A stretch of 64,000 nt of DNA, from contig JAEZXC010000066.1 of the NCBI GenBank assembly GCA_023442845.1, forward strand, positions 499 to 64,498, given 5' to 3'. Origin of the DNA: Actinomycetes bacterium (GTDB lineage: Bacteria > Actinomycetota > Actinomycetes > Actinomycetales > Demequinaceae). A model generated the notes under the pieces. It saw only the letters and a list, made by a program, of their open reading frames with translations, made no database searches and was not told where the DNA came from. Below, in pieces: positions 21,193 to 31,479 of the stretch. The position numbers and the translations under genes are program-made. Every line of letters begins with the position of its first letter. Position 1 is the first letter of the stretch.

Positions 21193-21437
21193 TTGCGACG
21201 CAGGGACTTGTAAATCCGCTCGCAGTCAGGGCATACCGGTGAACCCGGCTTCGCCGACTTCTTCACTGGGAAGGTTTCACCGCACAGAGCAACGACGTAG
21301 GAGCCGTTGACCGCGGAGTTCACGATCTGGTCCTTCTTGACGTAATGGAAGAACTTCGGAGTGTCGTCCCTCGTCGACTCATCGACGCGGGTATCGGTGC
21401 GTTCAATCGTCTTTGTCGTCTTCAATGGAGTGCTCAC
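21189..21437 (-). CDS. DUF3039 family protein
   Basis: FFHYVKK, VVALCGE, PVCPDC; start trimmed to GTG 21437 (track ORF extends antisense into DUF3099). Confidence 0.85.
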   Translation of the reverse strand: MSTPLKTTKTIERTDTRVDESTRDDTPKFFHYVKKDQIVNSAVNGSYVVALCGETFPVKKSAKPGSPVCPDCERIYKSLRRK

Positions 21438-21611
21438 AGATTCCAATTGTGCCCCATCGGTCAAATTATGCCTAGCGACCCAGGTGCTGGCCGCTGCAGA
21501 CTGCTGCCTTCCACAGCCACCCACAACATCGCTACGACTACGCGAGCATGCGGCTGCAACGGGCATAGCCAGTTGAGACGACCCCACGCCACAGGCGTAT
21601 GCTAGACAATC

Positions 21612-22151
21612 ATGGCGCGAATCAATGACCGTCGCGACTCCGCGCTGCCGAAACGCGGAAGTTCCCGGCGACGCAAGAAAGACGCGGCGTTGATTACCGA
21701 CGCCCGCGGCTCTCGGATTCGCAACTATGACCACCGCCGCCACGTCTACGCGGCCCTGCAATGGTCTCGCATTCCGCTGCTGCTTCTTTCCGGCGCTTTT
21801 TATCTGTGGTGGGATGTGCCGTGGATCGCAGCGATTCTCATGGTCGTCTCCGTACCGATGCCGTGGATCGCGGTTGTCATCGCCAATGGTGTTGGAGAAC
21901 CCGCTGACAAGCGCAAACCGCGCGTCTACAAGCCTGGAGTTGTACGCGAGCAAAACCGCAAATGGGAGGAGCAGCAGCGCCAGCGCGCCCTCAAGGAAGC
22001 GGAGATGCGCGCACTCGGTTCTGCCGCCAGTACCGATGACACCGACACACCGCCGCAGTCAGGTAACGAGACCACCTCAAATCCCTTCGATGATGCAAAT
22101 ATCATCGATATGCCGGAAGACGACGATCCGTCATCAAGCTCCCCTAACTAG
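21612..22151 (+). CDS. DUF3099 membrane protein
   Basis: LITDA, YAALQWSRIP, PWIAVVIAN. Confidence 0.85.
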   Translation: MARINDRRDSALPKRGSSRRRKKDAALITDARGSRIRNYDHRRHVYAALQWSRIPLLLLSGAFYLWWDVPWIAAILMVVSVPMPWIAVVIANGVGEPADKRKPRVYKPGVVREQNRKWEEQQRQRALKEAEMRALGSAASTDDTDTPPQSGNETTSNPFDDANIIDMPEDDDPSSSSPN

Positions 22152-22180
22152 CCCCTGCGCCCCGCTTTACGACGAAGGTA

Positions 22181-23755
22181 GTGCCTACGATGACCTTTTC
22201 CCCCTCCACCTTCACCCCACCGACTGATCAGCAGCTTCGTGCTTTTGTCGACTGTGCGGAGGAATTCGCAACCACGCTTAGGCGCCTTGAGTTTTCCGGC
22301 GAGTCACTGCGTCGAGTCCTAGGCGCCGAGGGGTTGGCCGCGCTGGACCGCGGTGAGCCCGGCGTTGTCGATGTTCTACTAACCGAAACTGAGGGCGTTT
22401 CTGCGGATACTGTGACCGCGTTGCGGCTTCTCATCCTGGGCGATTTCGCCGACGCAGAGCAGCTATTTGGGGCTGAGCTGACAGCCAAGTTACTGGACAG
22501 CGGCATACTTGCCGGCACCGCCGCCAACGCACAGGTGTGTATCGATGTGCGCCCGGTCGAGATTGCGGGAGTCGACCGTATTGTCTTTTCCGACCGCGAC
22601 GCCTCTATGAGCGATCACGTTCCTGGACCCGATCATGTCCTGGGCGTAGGGCGGGCTTCCCGCTCCCTCCTCGATATTTCGCCGACCTCGGCGGTGGAAT
22701 CCGTCCTCGATCTCGGCGCCGGTTGTGGCATCCAGAGCCTTGCCCAGCCTGATGCAAAGTCGATTGTCGCGACGGACATTCACCCCCGGGCGCTGTTTTT
22801 TGCCCGCGCTACTTTCGCAGCAAATAGCTTCGACCAGGCGCAGGCCCTCGAAGGTTCGTGGTTTGAACCGGTTGCAGGACAAAAGTTTGACCGCATTGTG
22901 GCCAACCCGCCGTTCGTCGTAGGGCTGCCAAGTGTGGAACATGTTTACCGTGACTCAGGATTGAATCTGGACGGTGCCACCGAGCTTATGATCCGCAATC
23001 TGGCCGACCATCTTACCGACGGCGGCACGGCGCATCTGCTCGGCGCTTGGGCCCATATCGAGGGCGAAAGTTGGCAACAGCGCATCGCCTCTTGGCTCCC
23101 TGCTGAGGGCCTCGAAGTGTGGGTAACACAACGGGATCTCGCTACGCCGGCGGAATACATCGGCACCTGGCTTCGAGACGAGTCCATCGACCCCCGCAGT
23201 CCAGAAGGCTGCGAGCGCTCCCGTGCCTGGCTGGAGCATTTCCGCAACAGCGGTGTGACAGGCATCGGGTTCGGCTACATCACAGTCCAACGCATCAACG
23301 GCCCGACTTCCGCTGTTTGTGAGGAAATGCCTCAGCCTTTGGGTGCTCCCTTCGCCGCCGAAGCCGAGGAGTATCTCGGCCGCGCCGAATGGCTTCGTAC
23401 ACAAACTGCTGACACCATCCTCGAAGCTGCCTTTACTGTGCGCCCCGGCGTCGCCATCGAACGCGTTTCGCTTGCCGACGTCGAAAGCGGCCAGGGCTTC
23501 ACTGAGTTCGATACGCGCATCTCACGCACCGACGGCCCCGCCTGGACACACTCAATCGATGAGTCCGTGGCAACCGTTCTGGGTGCGCTGCATCCCGAAG
23601 CTGCGCTGGGCTCCGTCATCGACATCATGGCAATGTTTGGAGCCTTCGATGAGTCCAAAGTACCTGCAATCAAGGACGCCCTAGTTCCCATCGTCGTTGA
23701 CCTGGTTCGCCATGGTCTGATTCTCCCCACCGAGCTCTTGGAGGATAAACAGTAA
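22181..23755 (+). CDS. Class I SAM-dependent methyltransferase (MTS/DUF7059 type)
   Basis: DHVLGVG, LDLGAGCGIQ, NPPF; upstream of dtd. Confidence 0.85.
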   Translation: MPTMTFSPSTFTPPTDQQLRAFVDCAEEFATTLRRLEFSGESLRRVLGAEGLAALDRGEPGVVDVLLTETEGVSADTVTALRLLILGDFADAEQLFGAELTAKLLDSGILAGTAANAQVCIDVRPVEIAGVDRIVFSDRDASMSDHVPGPDHVLGVGRASRSLLDISPTSAVESVLDLGAGCGIQSLAQPDAKSIVATDIHPRALFFARATFAANSFDQAQALEGSWFEPVAGQKFDRIVANPPFVVGLPSVEHVYRDSGLNLDGATELMIRNLADHLTDGGTAHLLGAWAHIEGESWQQRIASWLPAEGLEVWVTQRDLATPAEYIGTWLRDESIDPRSPEGCERSRAWLEHFRNSGVTGIGFGYITVQRINGPTSAVCEEMPQPLGAPFAAEAEEYLGRAEWLRTQTADTILEAAFTVRPGVAIERVSLADVESGQGFTEFDTRISRTDGPAWTHSIDESVATVLGALHPEAALGSVIDIMAMFGAFDESKVPAIKDALVPIVVDLVRHGLILPTELLEDKQ

Positions 23756-24190
23756 ATGAAAGCCGTTCTCACCCGAGTTAAATCCGCGTCAGTCACTGTC
23801 GACGGCTCCGTTGTTGGCCACGTTGACGGAGGCGATACTGGCGCCATTTTGGCGCTCGTAGGCGTTGGCCGCGAGGACGCTGCCGATGCTTGGGAAACGA
23901 TGGCCCGCAAGATCGCGGAGCTGCGCATTCTGGATGGCGAGCTCAGCGCTGTCGACGCTGGCGCCCCGGTGCTCGTCGTTAGCCAATTCACGTTGATGGG
24001 GGCGACAAAGAAGGGACGGCGGCCGTCGTGGGTAGACGCAGCTCCGGGCCCAGAGGCCGAGCCCGTCATTGAAAAAATTGTCGAGAACTTGCGCGATCGT
24101 GGCTTGACGGTCGAAACGGGACAATTTGGGGCAATGATGGAGGTCGCATCAGTCAATGATGGACCCTTTACAGTTCTCGTGGAATGCTAG
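23756..24190 (+). CDS. dtd: D-aminoacyl-tRNA deacylase
   Basis: VVSQFTL, GRRPSW, GQFGAMM, NDGPFT. Confidence 0.96.
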   Translation: MKAVLTRVKSASVTVDGSVVGHVDGGDTGAILALVGVGREDAADAWETMARKIAELRILDGELSAVDAGAPVLVVSQFTLMGATKKGRRPSWVDAAPGPEAEPVIEKIVENLRDRGLTVETGQFGAMMEVASVNDGPFTVLVEC

Positions 24191-24259
24191 TGACGGTAGT
24201 TATTCTTAACATTATATTTGCATGGCAAAATTACCCTATTGACATTCATCGTCTTTCAC

Positions 24260-24286
24260 GGGAACATTTTCGTAACTCCGTGCGTT
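24260..24286 (+). promoter_or_regulatory. SigH/SigE-type stress promoter of sigB
   Basis: GGAA (24261-64)-N19-GTT (24284-86), the consensus known for the Corynebacterium sigB promoter; AGGAGG RBS at 24314-19. Confidence 0.75.
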
Positions 24287-24326
24287 GTAGTTATTGAGTC
24301 CACTTAAAAATCCAGGAGGCAGATTC

Positions 24327-25316
24327 ATGAAGAGTGCCGATATTCAAAATGACGAACTGGAAGGTCAGGCAAGGGACAAGGGGCGCCGCTCCGGCAATAA
24401 CTCCAACCCGTCCGCCGATTTGGTTCGTGTGTATTTGAACGGCATCGGAAAGACTGCTCTTCTCAGCGCTGAAGAAGAGGTGGAGCTTTCTAAGCGCATT
24501 GAAGCTGGCGTATACGCCGAGCATTTGCTGCAGACCGGCGCGAAAATGACCCGCGCAAAGAAGCGTGATGTCAAGATTTTGGCGAAGGAAGGTAAGGCCG
24601 CACGTGCCCACCTACTCGAAGCCAATCTCCGTCTTGTGGTCTCGCTGGCGAAGCGCTACACCAACCGCGGCATGCCGCTGCTGGATTTAATCCAGGAGGG
24701 CAACTTGGGCCTCATCCGCGCCATGGAAAAGTTCGACTACACCAAGGGCTACAAGTTCTCCACCTACGCGACGTGGTGGATCCGCCAGGCGATCACCCGT
24801 GCAATGGCTGACCAAGCGCGCACAATCCGCATTCCCGTGCACATGGTCGAGGTCATCAACAAGCTAGCCCGCGTGCAGCGTCAGATGCTCCAAGACCTCG
24901 GACGCGAGCCCACCCCCGAAGAACTCGCCAAGGAACTCGACATGACGCCCGAAAAGGTCGTCGAGGTCCAAAAGTATGGGCGCGAGCCGATCTCGCTCCA
25001 CACTCCACTCGGCGAGGACGGTGACAGTGAGTTCGGTGACCTCATTGAAGACTCTGAAGCCGTTGTGCCTGCCGATGCAGTGGGCTTCACCTTGCTCCAA
25101 GAGGAACTGAGCAAGGTGATGGACACCTTGAGCGACCGTGAAGCGGGCGTGGTAGGGATGCGCTTCGGGCTCACTGACGGCCAGCCGAAGACCTTGGATG
25201 AGATCGGTCGCGTGTTCGGTGTGACGCGTGAACGGATTCGCCAGATCGAGTCCAAGACGATGTCGAAGTTGCGCCACCCAAGCCGTTCCCAGGTACTACG
25301 GGACTACCTCGACTAA
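24327..25316 (+). CDS. rpoD: Sigma-70 factor, chimeric: SigB N-terminal half fused in frame to an HrdB/RpoD C-terminal half
   Basis: N-half [37 protein letters not shown] is SigB-type; C-half [62 protein letters not shown] is HrdB-type. Confidence 0.9.
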   Translation: MKSADIQNDELEGQARDKGRRSGNNSNPSADLVRVYLNGIGKTALLSAEEEVELSKRIEAGVYAEHLLQTGAKMTRAKKRDVKILAKEGKAARAHLLEANLRLVVSLAKRYTNRGMPLLDLIQEGNLGLIRAMEKFDYTKGYKFSTYATWWIRQAITRAMADQARTIRIPVHMVEVINKLARVQRQMLQDLGREPTPEELAKELDMTPEKVVEVQKYGREPISLHTPLGEDGDSEFGDLIEDSEAVVPADAVGFTLLQEELSKVMDTLSDREAGVVGMRFGLTDGQPKTLDEIGRVFGVTRERIRQIESKTMSKLRHPSRSQVLRDYLD

Positions 25317-25615
25317 TGCACTATCTGCTCCGGTACACCTATGTTGCCGACGTCGCCGAACGTCGGGCGCCGTTTCGTGCCGCGCACCTCCAGGCCCTTT
25401 GGGACGAGGCAGACGCGGGCCGCGTCCTCCTCGCAGGCGGCGCGGGCGACCCGATGAGCGAAGGCGTCATCGTTTTCGATGTTGACGACCCGGCTGTGGT
25501 CCACGAATTTGTGCGGACGGACCCGTATCGCGACGCGGGTCTCATTCTCGACTACACCGTGACGCCGTGGCACACAGTCGTTGGGGACCTCTCAGATAAC
25601 CCGACGCGGCCCTAG
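25316..25615 (+). CDS. YciI family protein
   Basis: RAAHL, GRVLLAGG, DPY motifs; ATG overlaps the sigma stop (TAATG). Confidence 0.85.
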   Translation: MHYLLRYTYVADVAERRAPFRAAHLQALWDEADAGRVLLAGGAGDPMSEGVIVFDVDDPAVVHEFVRTDPYRDAGLILDYTVTPWHTVVGDLSDNPTRP

Positions 25616-26616
25616 TCGCGCACGGGCCGTTCCCCGTGCTCCGTAGCCGACGGCACCCCCGGAGAGCCTCCCGGACCTGCAACCGGCTCGTGCGGTGCCT
25701 TCCGTGCCGTCTGGCCAATAGCGATTCCAACGCACGCCAGCGCCGCGCCAACGATGTGAACCGTGGAGAGGGCTTCGCCAAGCCACACCCACGCGATGGC
25801 GAACGCGAAAATCACTTCTGAGGTTGCGATGAGCCCCGCCATTGTCGCGCTGATGTGTCGCATGGCGGCAAAGATCAACATGAATGGCACAAAGCCGCCC
25901 AGCACGGCGATCCACACGAGCGCGGCCCACATCGGCACGTGGAGATCAGCAAGCGACCCCCCAAGTGACAGCGCAGAGCCGACCGTCGCCGAGTCGATAC
26001 GCCACCAGCCAGACAGCACCGTCCACAGGGCCGTAGCGAACGCTGCAGCCCAAAACGTTGCCGTCACCGGGTGCGTATGCGCCATGAGGCGTTCACCACC
26101 AAGGAAGTACCAGGCGAACGCAAGCGCAGAGGCGAGCCCGGCAGTCACGCCGAGCGGACTAAGCGAGGAGTCCCACACGTGCGCGACAACGGCGAGCCCA
26201 ACGAGAACGAAACCGATCGCGAGCCACAGGCGCCGGTGCACGGCTTCGTGAAAAACGAACACGGCGACAAGGGCCACGATGATGACTGCCGTGTACTCAA
26301 ACAACAAGGCCACCCCGACAGGTAGCTCACGGATGGCCACCGAGTACAGCCACTGCACCATCGCGAGTCCCGCGAGACCGAGCGCGGCATACGTCACGAG
26401 CTGACGAGCAGAGACGCGCAGTCCTGATCGCTGAAACACCACAACGTAGATGCCGGCGATCACACAGGTCGCCGTCGCGCGTACCCACGTCAGTTGCTGT
26501 GCCGTCATGCCCGCGGCCATGACAACCTTTGAGATCGAGCCATTGATGCCGAACAGCGCGGCGGCGAGGAGCGCATAGCCGACGCCGCGTCTGGGGGACC
26601 GGGAGGCCTGGGTCAT
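25612..26616 (-). CDS. EamA/DMT family transporter
   Basis: About 10 TMs, LPVGVALLFEYTA, SEVIFA..AWVWLGE; start trimmed to ATG 26616. Confidence 0.88.
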   Translation of the reverse strand: MTQASRSPRRGVGYALLAAALFGINGSISKVVMAAGMTAQQLTWVRATATCVIAGIYVVVFQRSGLRVSARQLVTYAALGLAGLAMVQWLYSVAIRELPVGVALLFEYTAVIIVALVAVFVFHEAVHRRLWLAIGFVLVGLAVVAHVWDSSLSPLGVTAGLASALAFAWYFLGGERLMAHTHPVTATFWAAAFATALWTVLSGWWRIDSATVGSALSLGGSLADLHVPMWAALVWIAVLGGFVPFMLIFAAMRHISATMAGLIATSEVIFAFAIAWVWLGEALSTVHIVGAALACVGIAIGQTARKAPHEPVAGPGGSPGVPSATEHGERPVRD

Positions 26617-26698
26617 GCGCTCAGCGTAGGGCGCAACGATGCTGGTCAGCGCAACGGTGCGGGTACGATCTGGGTGATCACTTAACCAGGGAGTCCTA

Positions 26699-27034
26699 GT
26701 GGATACCACGCAGAAGATCCTCGCAATTGTGCACTCGATTGGTGCGTTGCTCGTCCTTGTCGGCGCCATTGGAACGTGGATCAAAGGGGCGAAGAGCTTC
26801 CGCGCGATTTTGGTGTGGAGTGCGCGATTCCAGGTGCTGTCAGGCATCGTTCTCGCGATTCTCGCATTTGTCGAGGATGAGGCGAATCCGGCAAAGCTCG
26901 CAGTGAAGTTGCTCATCGCGTTGGCCATCGCTGGCCTCGCCGAGAATGTCGCGCGCCGGGATGCACGAGCACCACTGATGGCAGCCATCGTGGTCCTCAC
27001 CTTGGCCAACATCACCATCGCAAGCATCTGGTAA
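26699..27034 (+). CDS. Small 4-TM hypothetical membrane protein
   Basis: Hydrophobic helices, KLAVKLLIA motif; GGGAG RBS. Confidence 0.65.
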   Translation: MDTTQKILAIVHSIGALLVLVGAIGTWIKGAKSFRAILVWSARFQVLSGIVLAILAFVEDEANPAKLAVKLLIALAIAGLAENVARRDARAPLMAAIVVLTLANITIASIW

Positions 27035-27038
27035 GCCG

Positions 27039-27539
27039 GTGGTACTCGTCCGCGAGGCGACAGTTGCCGACGCGCCTGAGATTGTCCGTCTCGGTGCGCT
27101 GATGTATACGGCGGTCGGCAATGAGCCGCACGCCGATTGGCGCCCGTACGCCGAATCGCTCGTCGCTACCCGTCTAGGAAACGACCTCATTGGCGTGGTC
27201 GTTGATGGCGACGATGGTGAATTGGCGAGTTGTGGACTTGCCAACATCTCGCCCCGCCTGCCTCAACCAGGGGTGTCCGCCACCAATATTGCGTACATCC
27301 AGTGGGTGTCCACCGCGCCGCCCTATCAGCGTCGTGGTTATGCCCGCGCTGTGATGAAGGCGCTGATCCAGGCGTGTGATGCCCGTGGCGTTCGCGTCAT
27401 CGAGCTGCATGCGACTCCCATAGGACGGGAACTGTATGAGTCGCTTGAGTTCATTATCAAGAGTGACAACATCGCGATGAATCTCGTGAGACCCGTTGGG
27501 ATTCCGGACGGTCGCCCGCCGCTGTTTTGGACTCGCTGA
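27039..27539 (+). CDS. GNAT family N-acetyltransferase
   Basis: VREATVAD, YQRRGYAR acetyl-CoA motif, LHAT..GRELYESL. Confidence 0.88.
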   Translation: MVLVREATVADAPEIVRLGALMYTAVGNEPHADWRPYAESLVATRLGNDLIGVVVDGDDGELASCGLANISPRLPQPGVSATNIAYIQWVSTAPPYQRRGYARAVMKALIQACDARGVRVIELHATPIGRELYESLEFIIKSDNIAMNLVRPVGIPDGRPPLFWTR

Positions 27540-27615
27540 CCGCCGAGACACCGAAGTGCTCACCTGGCCCGCGTGCCACGCGGACGCTGGGGGAGCGCCA
27601 GCCTAAGATGTCGGG

Positions 27616-29715
27616 GTGGCCACCTCCGACTACTCAGCGCGTCATCTGTCGGTTCTTGAAGGTCTTGAGGCCGTTCGCAAACGGCCGGGCATGTACATCG
27701 GCACCACGGATTCTCGTGGCCTCATGCACTGCCTCTGGGAGATCATCGACAACTCCGTTGACGAAGCACTCGGCGGCTTTGGCGATCGCATCGACGTGGT
27801 GCTGTACCCAGATGACTCTGTCGAAGTGCGGGACCGCGCGCGAGGCATTCCCGTCGACGTCGAGCCCAAGACAGGGCTGACAGGCATTGAGGTCGTCATG
27901 ACCAAGCTGCACGCCGGTGGCAAGTTCGGCGGCGGCTCGTATGCAGCGTCGGGCGGTCTCCATGGCGTCGGGGCGTCGGTCGTCAACGCCCTGTCCGAGC
28001 GTCTCGACGTATGGGTCGACCGAGATGGCAAGACCCATCACATGGCCTTCCGGCGCGGTGAGCCTGGCCGTTGGGCAGACCCAGCAAGCGGGCCGACGCC
28101 CGACGCGGAGTTCACTCCGTTCCTCACCGGGTCTGAACTTGAGGTGACCGGCAAGGTCACGAAGAATGTCACCGGCACGCGAGTGCGCTATTGGGCGGAC
28201 CGCCAGATCTTCAACAAGAGCGCTGCGTTCTCATACGACGAACTGGTGACGCGCGCGCGGCAGACGGCCTTTCTTGTGCCGGGGCTCACCCTTGTGGTGC
28301 GCGATGAACGCGATCCCGACAACGTCAGCGAAGAGTCGTTCCGTTTCGATGGCGGCACGAAGGATTTTGTTGAGCACATTGCCCCGGACGCAGGCATCAC
28401 TGATATTTGGGAACTGACTGGCCAGGGCGATTACTCGGAAACAGTGCCCGTGCTGAAGCCGAACGGCCAACTCGTCTCGGAGGAGGTTCAGCGCACATGC
28501 CACGTCGACATCTCTTTGCGGTGGGGCGTGGGGTACGACACCGAGGTGCGCAGCTTTGTCAACATCATCTCGACGCCTAAGGGCGGCACGCACATGGCGG
28601 GCTTCGAGCAGGGGCTGACGAAGACCGTGCGCAAGGTGATTGAGCAGAATGCGCGTCGCCTGAAATTGACGGGCAAGGACGGCGCCGAGCGCATTGAGAA
28701 GGACGACATCATGGCGGGGCTCACGGCCGTCGTCACGGTGCGGCTTCCTGAGCCTCAATTTGAGGGCCAGACGAAGGAAGTGCTCGGCACCACGCCGGTG
28801 CGCTCGATCGTTGCCAAAGTTGTCGAGGCTGAACTCACGCAGATTCTCAACTCCACGAAGCGCGACGCCAAGGCGCAAGCAAGCACCGTGCTGGAGAAGA
28901 TCGTCGCGGAGATGCGTGCCCGGGTCGCGGCTCGCAAGCAGAAGGAGATTTCGCGCCGCAAGAATGCGCTCGAGACGTCGACGCTGCCGGCCAAGCTTGC
29001 GGACTGTCGAAGCAATGACGTTGAGCAGTCGGAGTTGTTCATCGTCGAGGGTGATTCGGCGCTCGGCACCGCAAAGTTGGCGCGGCAATCCGACTTCCAG
29101 GCACTGCTGCCGATCCGCGGAAAGATCCTCAACGTCCAACGCGCGTCCGTCACCGACATGCTCCATAACGCGGAGTGCGCGAGCATCATCCAGGTGATTG
29201 GCGCCGGGTCTGGGCGAACCTTTGACATTGATGCGGCCCGTTACGGCAAGGTCATCCTCATGACTGATGCGGATGTGGATGGCGCCCACATTCGCACCCT
29301 GTTGCTTACCTTGTTCTTCCGCTATATGCGCCCGTTGGTTGATGAAGGGCGAGTGTATGCAGCGGTGCCGCCGCTACACCGCATCGAGGTCGCCGGGTCC
29401 GCGCGGCGCCAGCGTGAGTACATCTACACGTACTCCGAACAGCAGTTGCACGACACCATGCGTGAACTCAAGCGCTCCGGACGGTCCTTCAAGGACGATA
29501 TCCAGCGTTACAAGGGCCTTGGCGAGATGGATGCGGATCAGCTGGCAGAGACGACGATGGATCCCACGAAGCGCACGTTGCGCCGTGTGACCGCGCGCGA
29601 CGCCGCGAAGGCGGAGGAGATCTTCGAACTCCTCATGGGCAACGACGTGGGGCCACGCAGAGACTTCATTATTGCCGGGGCCGCAAGCCTCGACGCCACC
29701 CGTATCGACACGTAG
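27616..29715 (+). CDS. parE: Type IIA topoisomerase subunit B (actinobacterial topoisomerase IV type)
   Basis: LEGLEAVRKRPGMYIG, EIIDNSVDE, GLHGVG, VEGDSALG, MTDADVDG, RYKGLGEM; near rpoD rather than oriC. Confidence 0.9.
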   Translation: MATSDYSARHLSVLEGLEAVRKRPGMYIGTTDSRGLMHCLWEIIDNSVDEALGGFGDRIDVVLYPDDSVEVRDRARGIPVDVEPKTGLTGIEVVMTKLHAGGKFGGGSYAASGGLHGVGASVVNALSERLDVWVDRDGKTHHMAFRRGEPGRWADPASGPTPDAEFTPFLTGSELEVTGKVTKNVTGTRVRYWADRQIFNKSAAFSYDELVTRARQTAFLVPGLTLVVRDERDPDNVSEESFRFDGGTKDFVEHIAPDAGITDIWELTGQGDYSETVPVLKPNGQLVSEEVQRTCHVDISLRWGVGYDTEVRSFVNIISTPKGGTHMAGFEQGLTKTVRKVIEQNARRLKLTGKDGAERIEKDDIMAGLTAVVTVRLPEPQFEGQTKEVLGTTPVRSIVAKVVEAELTQILNSTKRDAKAQASTVLEKIVAEMRARVAARKQKEISRRKNALETSTLPAKLADCRSNDVEQSELFIVEGDSALGTAKLARQSDFQALLPIRGKILNVQRASVTDMLHNAECASIIQVIGAGSGRTFDIDAARYGKVILMTDADVDGAHIRTLLLTLFFRYMRPLVDEGRVYAAVPPLHRIEVAGSARRQREYIYTYSEQQLHDTMRELKRSGRSFKDDIQRYKGLGEMDADQLAETTMDPTKRTLRRVTARDAAKAEEIFELLMGNDVGPRRDFIIAGAASLDATRIDT

Positions 29716-29756
29716 TCCATTCTGCGCGGGGCGCCGCCACCAGTTACGGTGAACGA

Positions 29757-30116
29757 GTGAGCCGCGATCATATGTATCGAATTCTCGACCCGTCATTGCC
29801 CGATCTCGGTTGGACAAGGATGCTCCCGAGGATCCCTGACGCGGCGGCGGCACGCGCGATCCATCAATGCACCGACGCCGCAGCGCTCGGCGCGATGCTC
29901 GGTGCCGCGCGCTCGTTCTGGGGGAGTGCGGGGATGGTCGTGATCGCCGCCTTTGGCGGCCCCGCCCTTGCGCTCCTTGGCTGGGACATTGCCGCTGTCG
30001 TTGTGCTTGGCGCTGGGGCGATTGCGGGAAATGGCACCATCGAGACCCGCCGACGCTCTCGCCAGTGGGCAGCGATCATCGAGACACGCGTGGCGCAACT
30101 CGGCGGCACGGTCTAA
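29757..30116 (+). CDS. Hypothetical small membrane protein (start uncertain, possibly ATG 29820)
   Basis: Fills the gap after parE; two hydrophobic segments. Confidence 0.5.
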   Translation: MSRDHMYRILDPSLPDLGWTRMLPRIPDAAAARAIHQCTDAAALGAMLGAARSFWGSAGMVVIAAFGGPALALLGWDIAAVVVLGAGAIAGNGTIETRRRSRQWAAIIETRVAQLGGTV

Positions 30117-30183
30117 TCCACGTCTGCCACGCGGGGGACCTCTGGTCGCACGTCTTCGCCACGAGGTGCGTCAGAATGTCTGC

Positions 30184-31452
30184 GTGACTGACGAGACGGG
30201 TGCGGCTTCCGGAATCGATGCCGAGGAGCTGGGTCGCCGCTCAAATGCGGTGCTTCGCGTCGGACTGCTGATGCTGTCCGCCGGAACCGCGGCGTACCGG
30301 GTGAAGCAGGGAATGACGACAGTTGCCCACGCTCTTGGCATTGATGCCCACGCGAGTGCCGTCACCACATCCGAGATCACCGCGACGTCACGTGCCGGCC
30401 AGCAGTTCCGCACCGAAGTTGCGGAGGCGCCTCACCTCGGCGTCAATGCCGATCGCATCGCGCGACTTGACCGTTTCCGTCGCTCGGTTCCGGAGCGGAT
30501 GTCGACGGCCGATGTCCACGCCGCACTCGATGAGATTGAGAACCGCAGCGCGCTCTATCCGGTGTGGGCGAATGCGGCGTTTGCTGGTGCGGCTTGCGCC
30601 GCATTCGCCGTGCTCAACCGTGCACGGCCGCTTGAGGTGGCAGTCGTCTTTGTTGCCGCCTTCCTTGGCCAGTGGGTACGCCGCGTACTTGCGCGCCATC
30701 ACTTCAACGTGTTCGGTTCGGTCATGGCTGCGGCGGCGACGGCAACGGGCGTGTACATCGGTGTCATGGCGCTCATCAGCGCCATTGGTTCGGGGCTCGA
30801 GACGCACGCTTCCGGGTACATCTCGTCCGTGCTCTTCTTGCTTCCCGGCTTTGCGCTCATTACGGGTGCTCTAGACCTTGCGAAGTCAGACTTCTCAGCA
30901 GGTATCCCGCGCGTTGTCTATGGCACCTGGCTCACCCTTGCCGCAGCCGCGGTCGTGTGGGCGGGTTCCCTCTTGAGCCCGCTTGACACGTCTCCCCGGG
31001 AACCGATCGACGTCGCGTTGTGGCTCGAACTCCTCATCGTCGCGGCTGCGTCATTCGGCGGCGTGCTTGGTTTTGCTCTCATGTTCAACTCGCCGTGGCG
31101 GATGGCGCTCACCGCCGCCGCGATCGGACTCGTCAACGTTCCCCGGGTCTTTCTTATCGACAATGGCATGGCGGTCCAGACCGCGACGTTCCTCTCATGC
31201 TTTGTGCTCGGACTATTCGCGGCTTTCGGCGCGCGGGGTGGCCGGTGGCCCGTCATCACCCTCCAGGTTCCCGCGTCGCTCGTGCAGATTCCTGGTGTTC
31301 TTGCGCACGAAGCTGTCGTGAGCCTCAACGATGCTCGGTACGTCGACGCGACCGCCGGGATCCTGCAAGTGTTGCTCGTGGTGCTTGCGATCCTTATTGG
31401 ACTTGTCGTGGCAAAGTACGTCACGGACAAGAACTGGGCCTTCGATCACTGA
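30184..31452 (+). CDS. Threonine/serine exporter family protein (ThrE)
   Basis: LSAGTAAYRV, GVNADRI, LLPGFALITGALDL, about 10 TMs; start trimmed to GTG 30184. Confidence 0.85.
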   Translation: MTDETGAASGIDAEELGRRSNAVLRVGLLMLSAGTAAYRVKQGMTTVAHALGIDAHASAVTTSEITATSRAGQQFRTEVAEAPHLGVNADRIARLDRFRRSVPERMSTADVHAALDEIENRSALYPVWANAAFAGAACAAFAVLNRARPLEVAVVFVAAFLGQWVRRVLARHHFNVFGSVMAAAATATGVYIGVMALISAIGSGLETHASGYISSVLFLLPGFALITGALDLAKSDFSAGIPRVVYGTWLTLAAAAVVWAGSLLSPLDTSPREPIDVALWLELLIVAAASFGGVLGFALMFNSPWRMALTAAAIGLVNVPRVFLIDNGMAVQTATFLSCFVLGLFAAFGARGGRWPVITLQVPASLVQIPGVLAHEAVVSLNDARYVDATAGILQVLLVVLAILIGLVVAKYVTDKNWAFDH

Positions 31453-31479
31453 CGTGTTAAGGCGACAAGAGGTCGGGTG

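Noticed and set aside
24750..25316. Gene conversion of sigB by the window's own sigA
   Set aside because: The C-half differs from this SigA at many residues (LARVQRQM vs [18 protein letters not shown] vs [10 protein letters not shown]), and all downstream genes also switch lineage
28231..29289. Long antisense or alternative-frame ORFs (also 41274-42386, 42564-43478, 54186-55112, 19578-20393)
   Set aside because: Shadow ORFs of recognised genes, expected in high-GC DNA; no motifs
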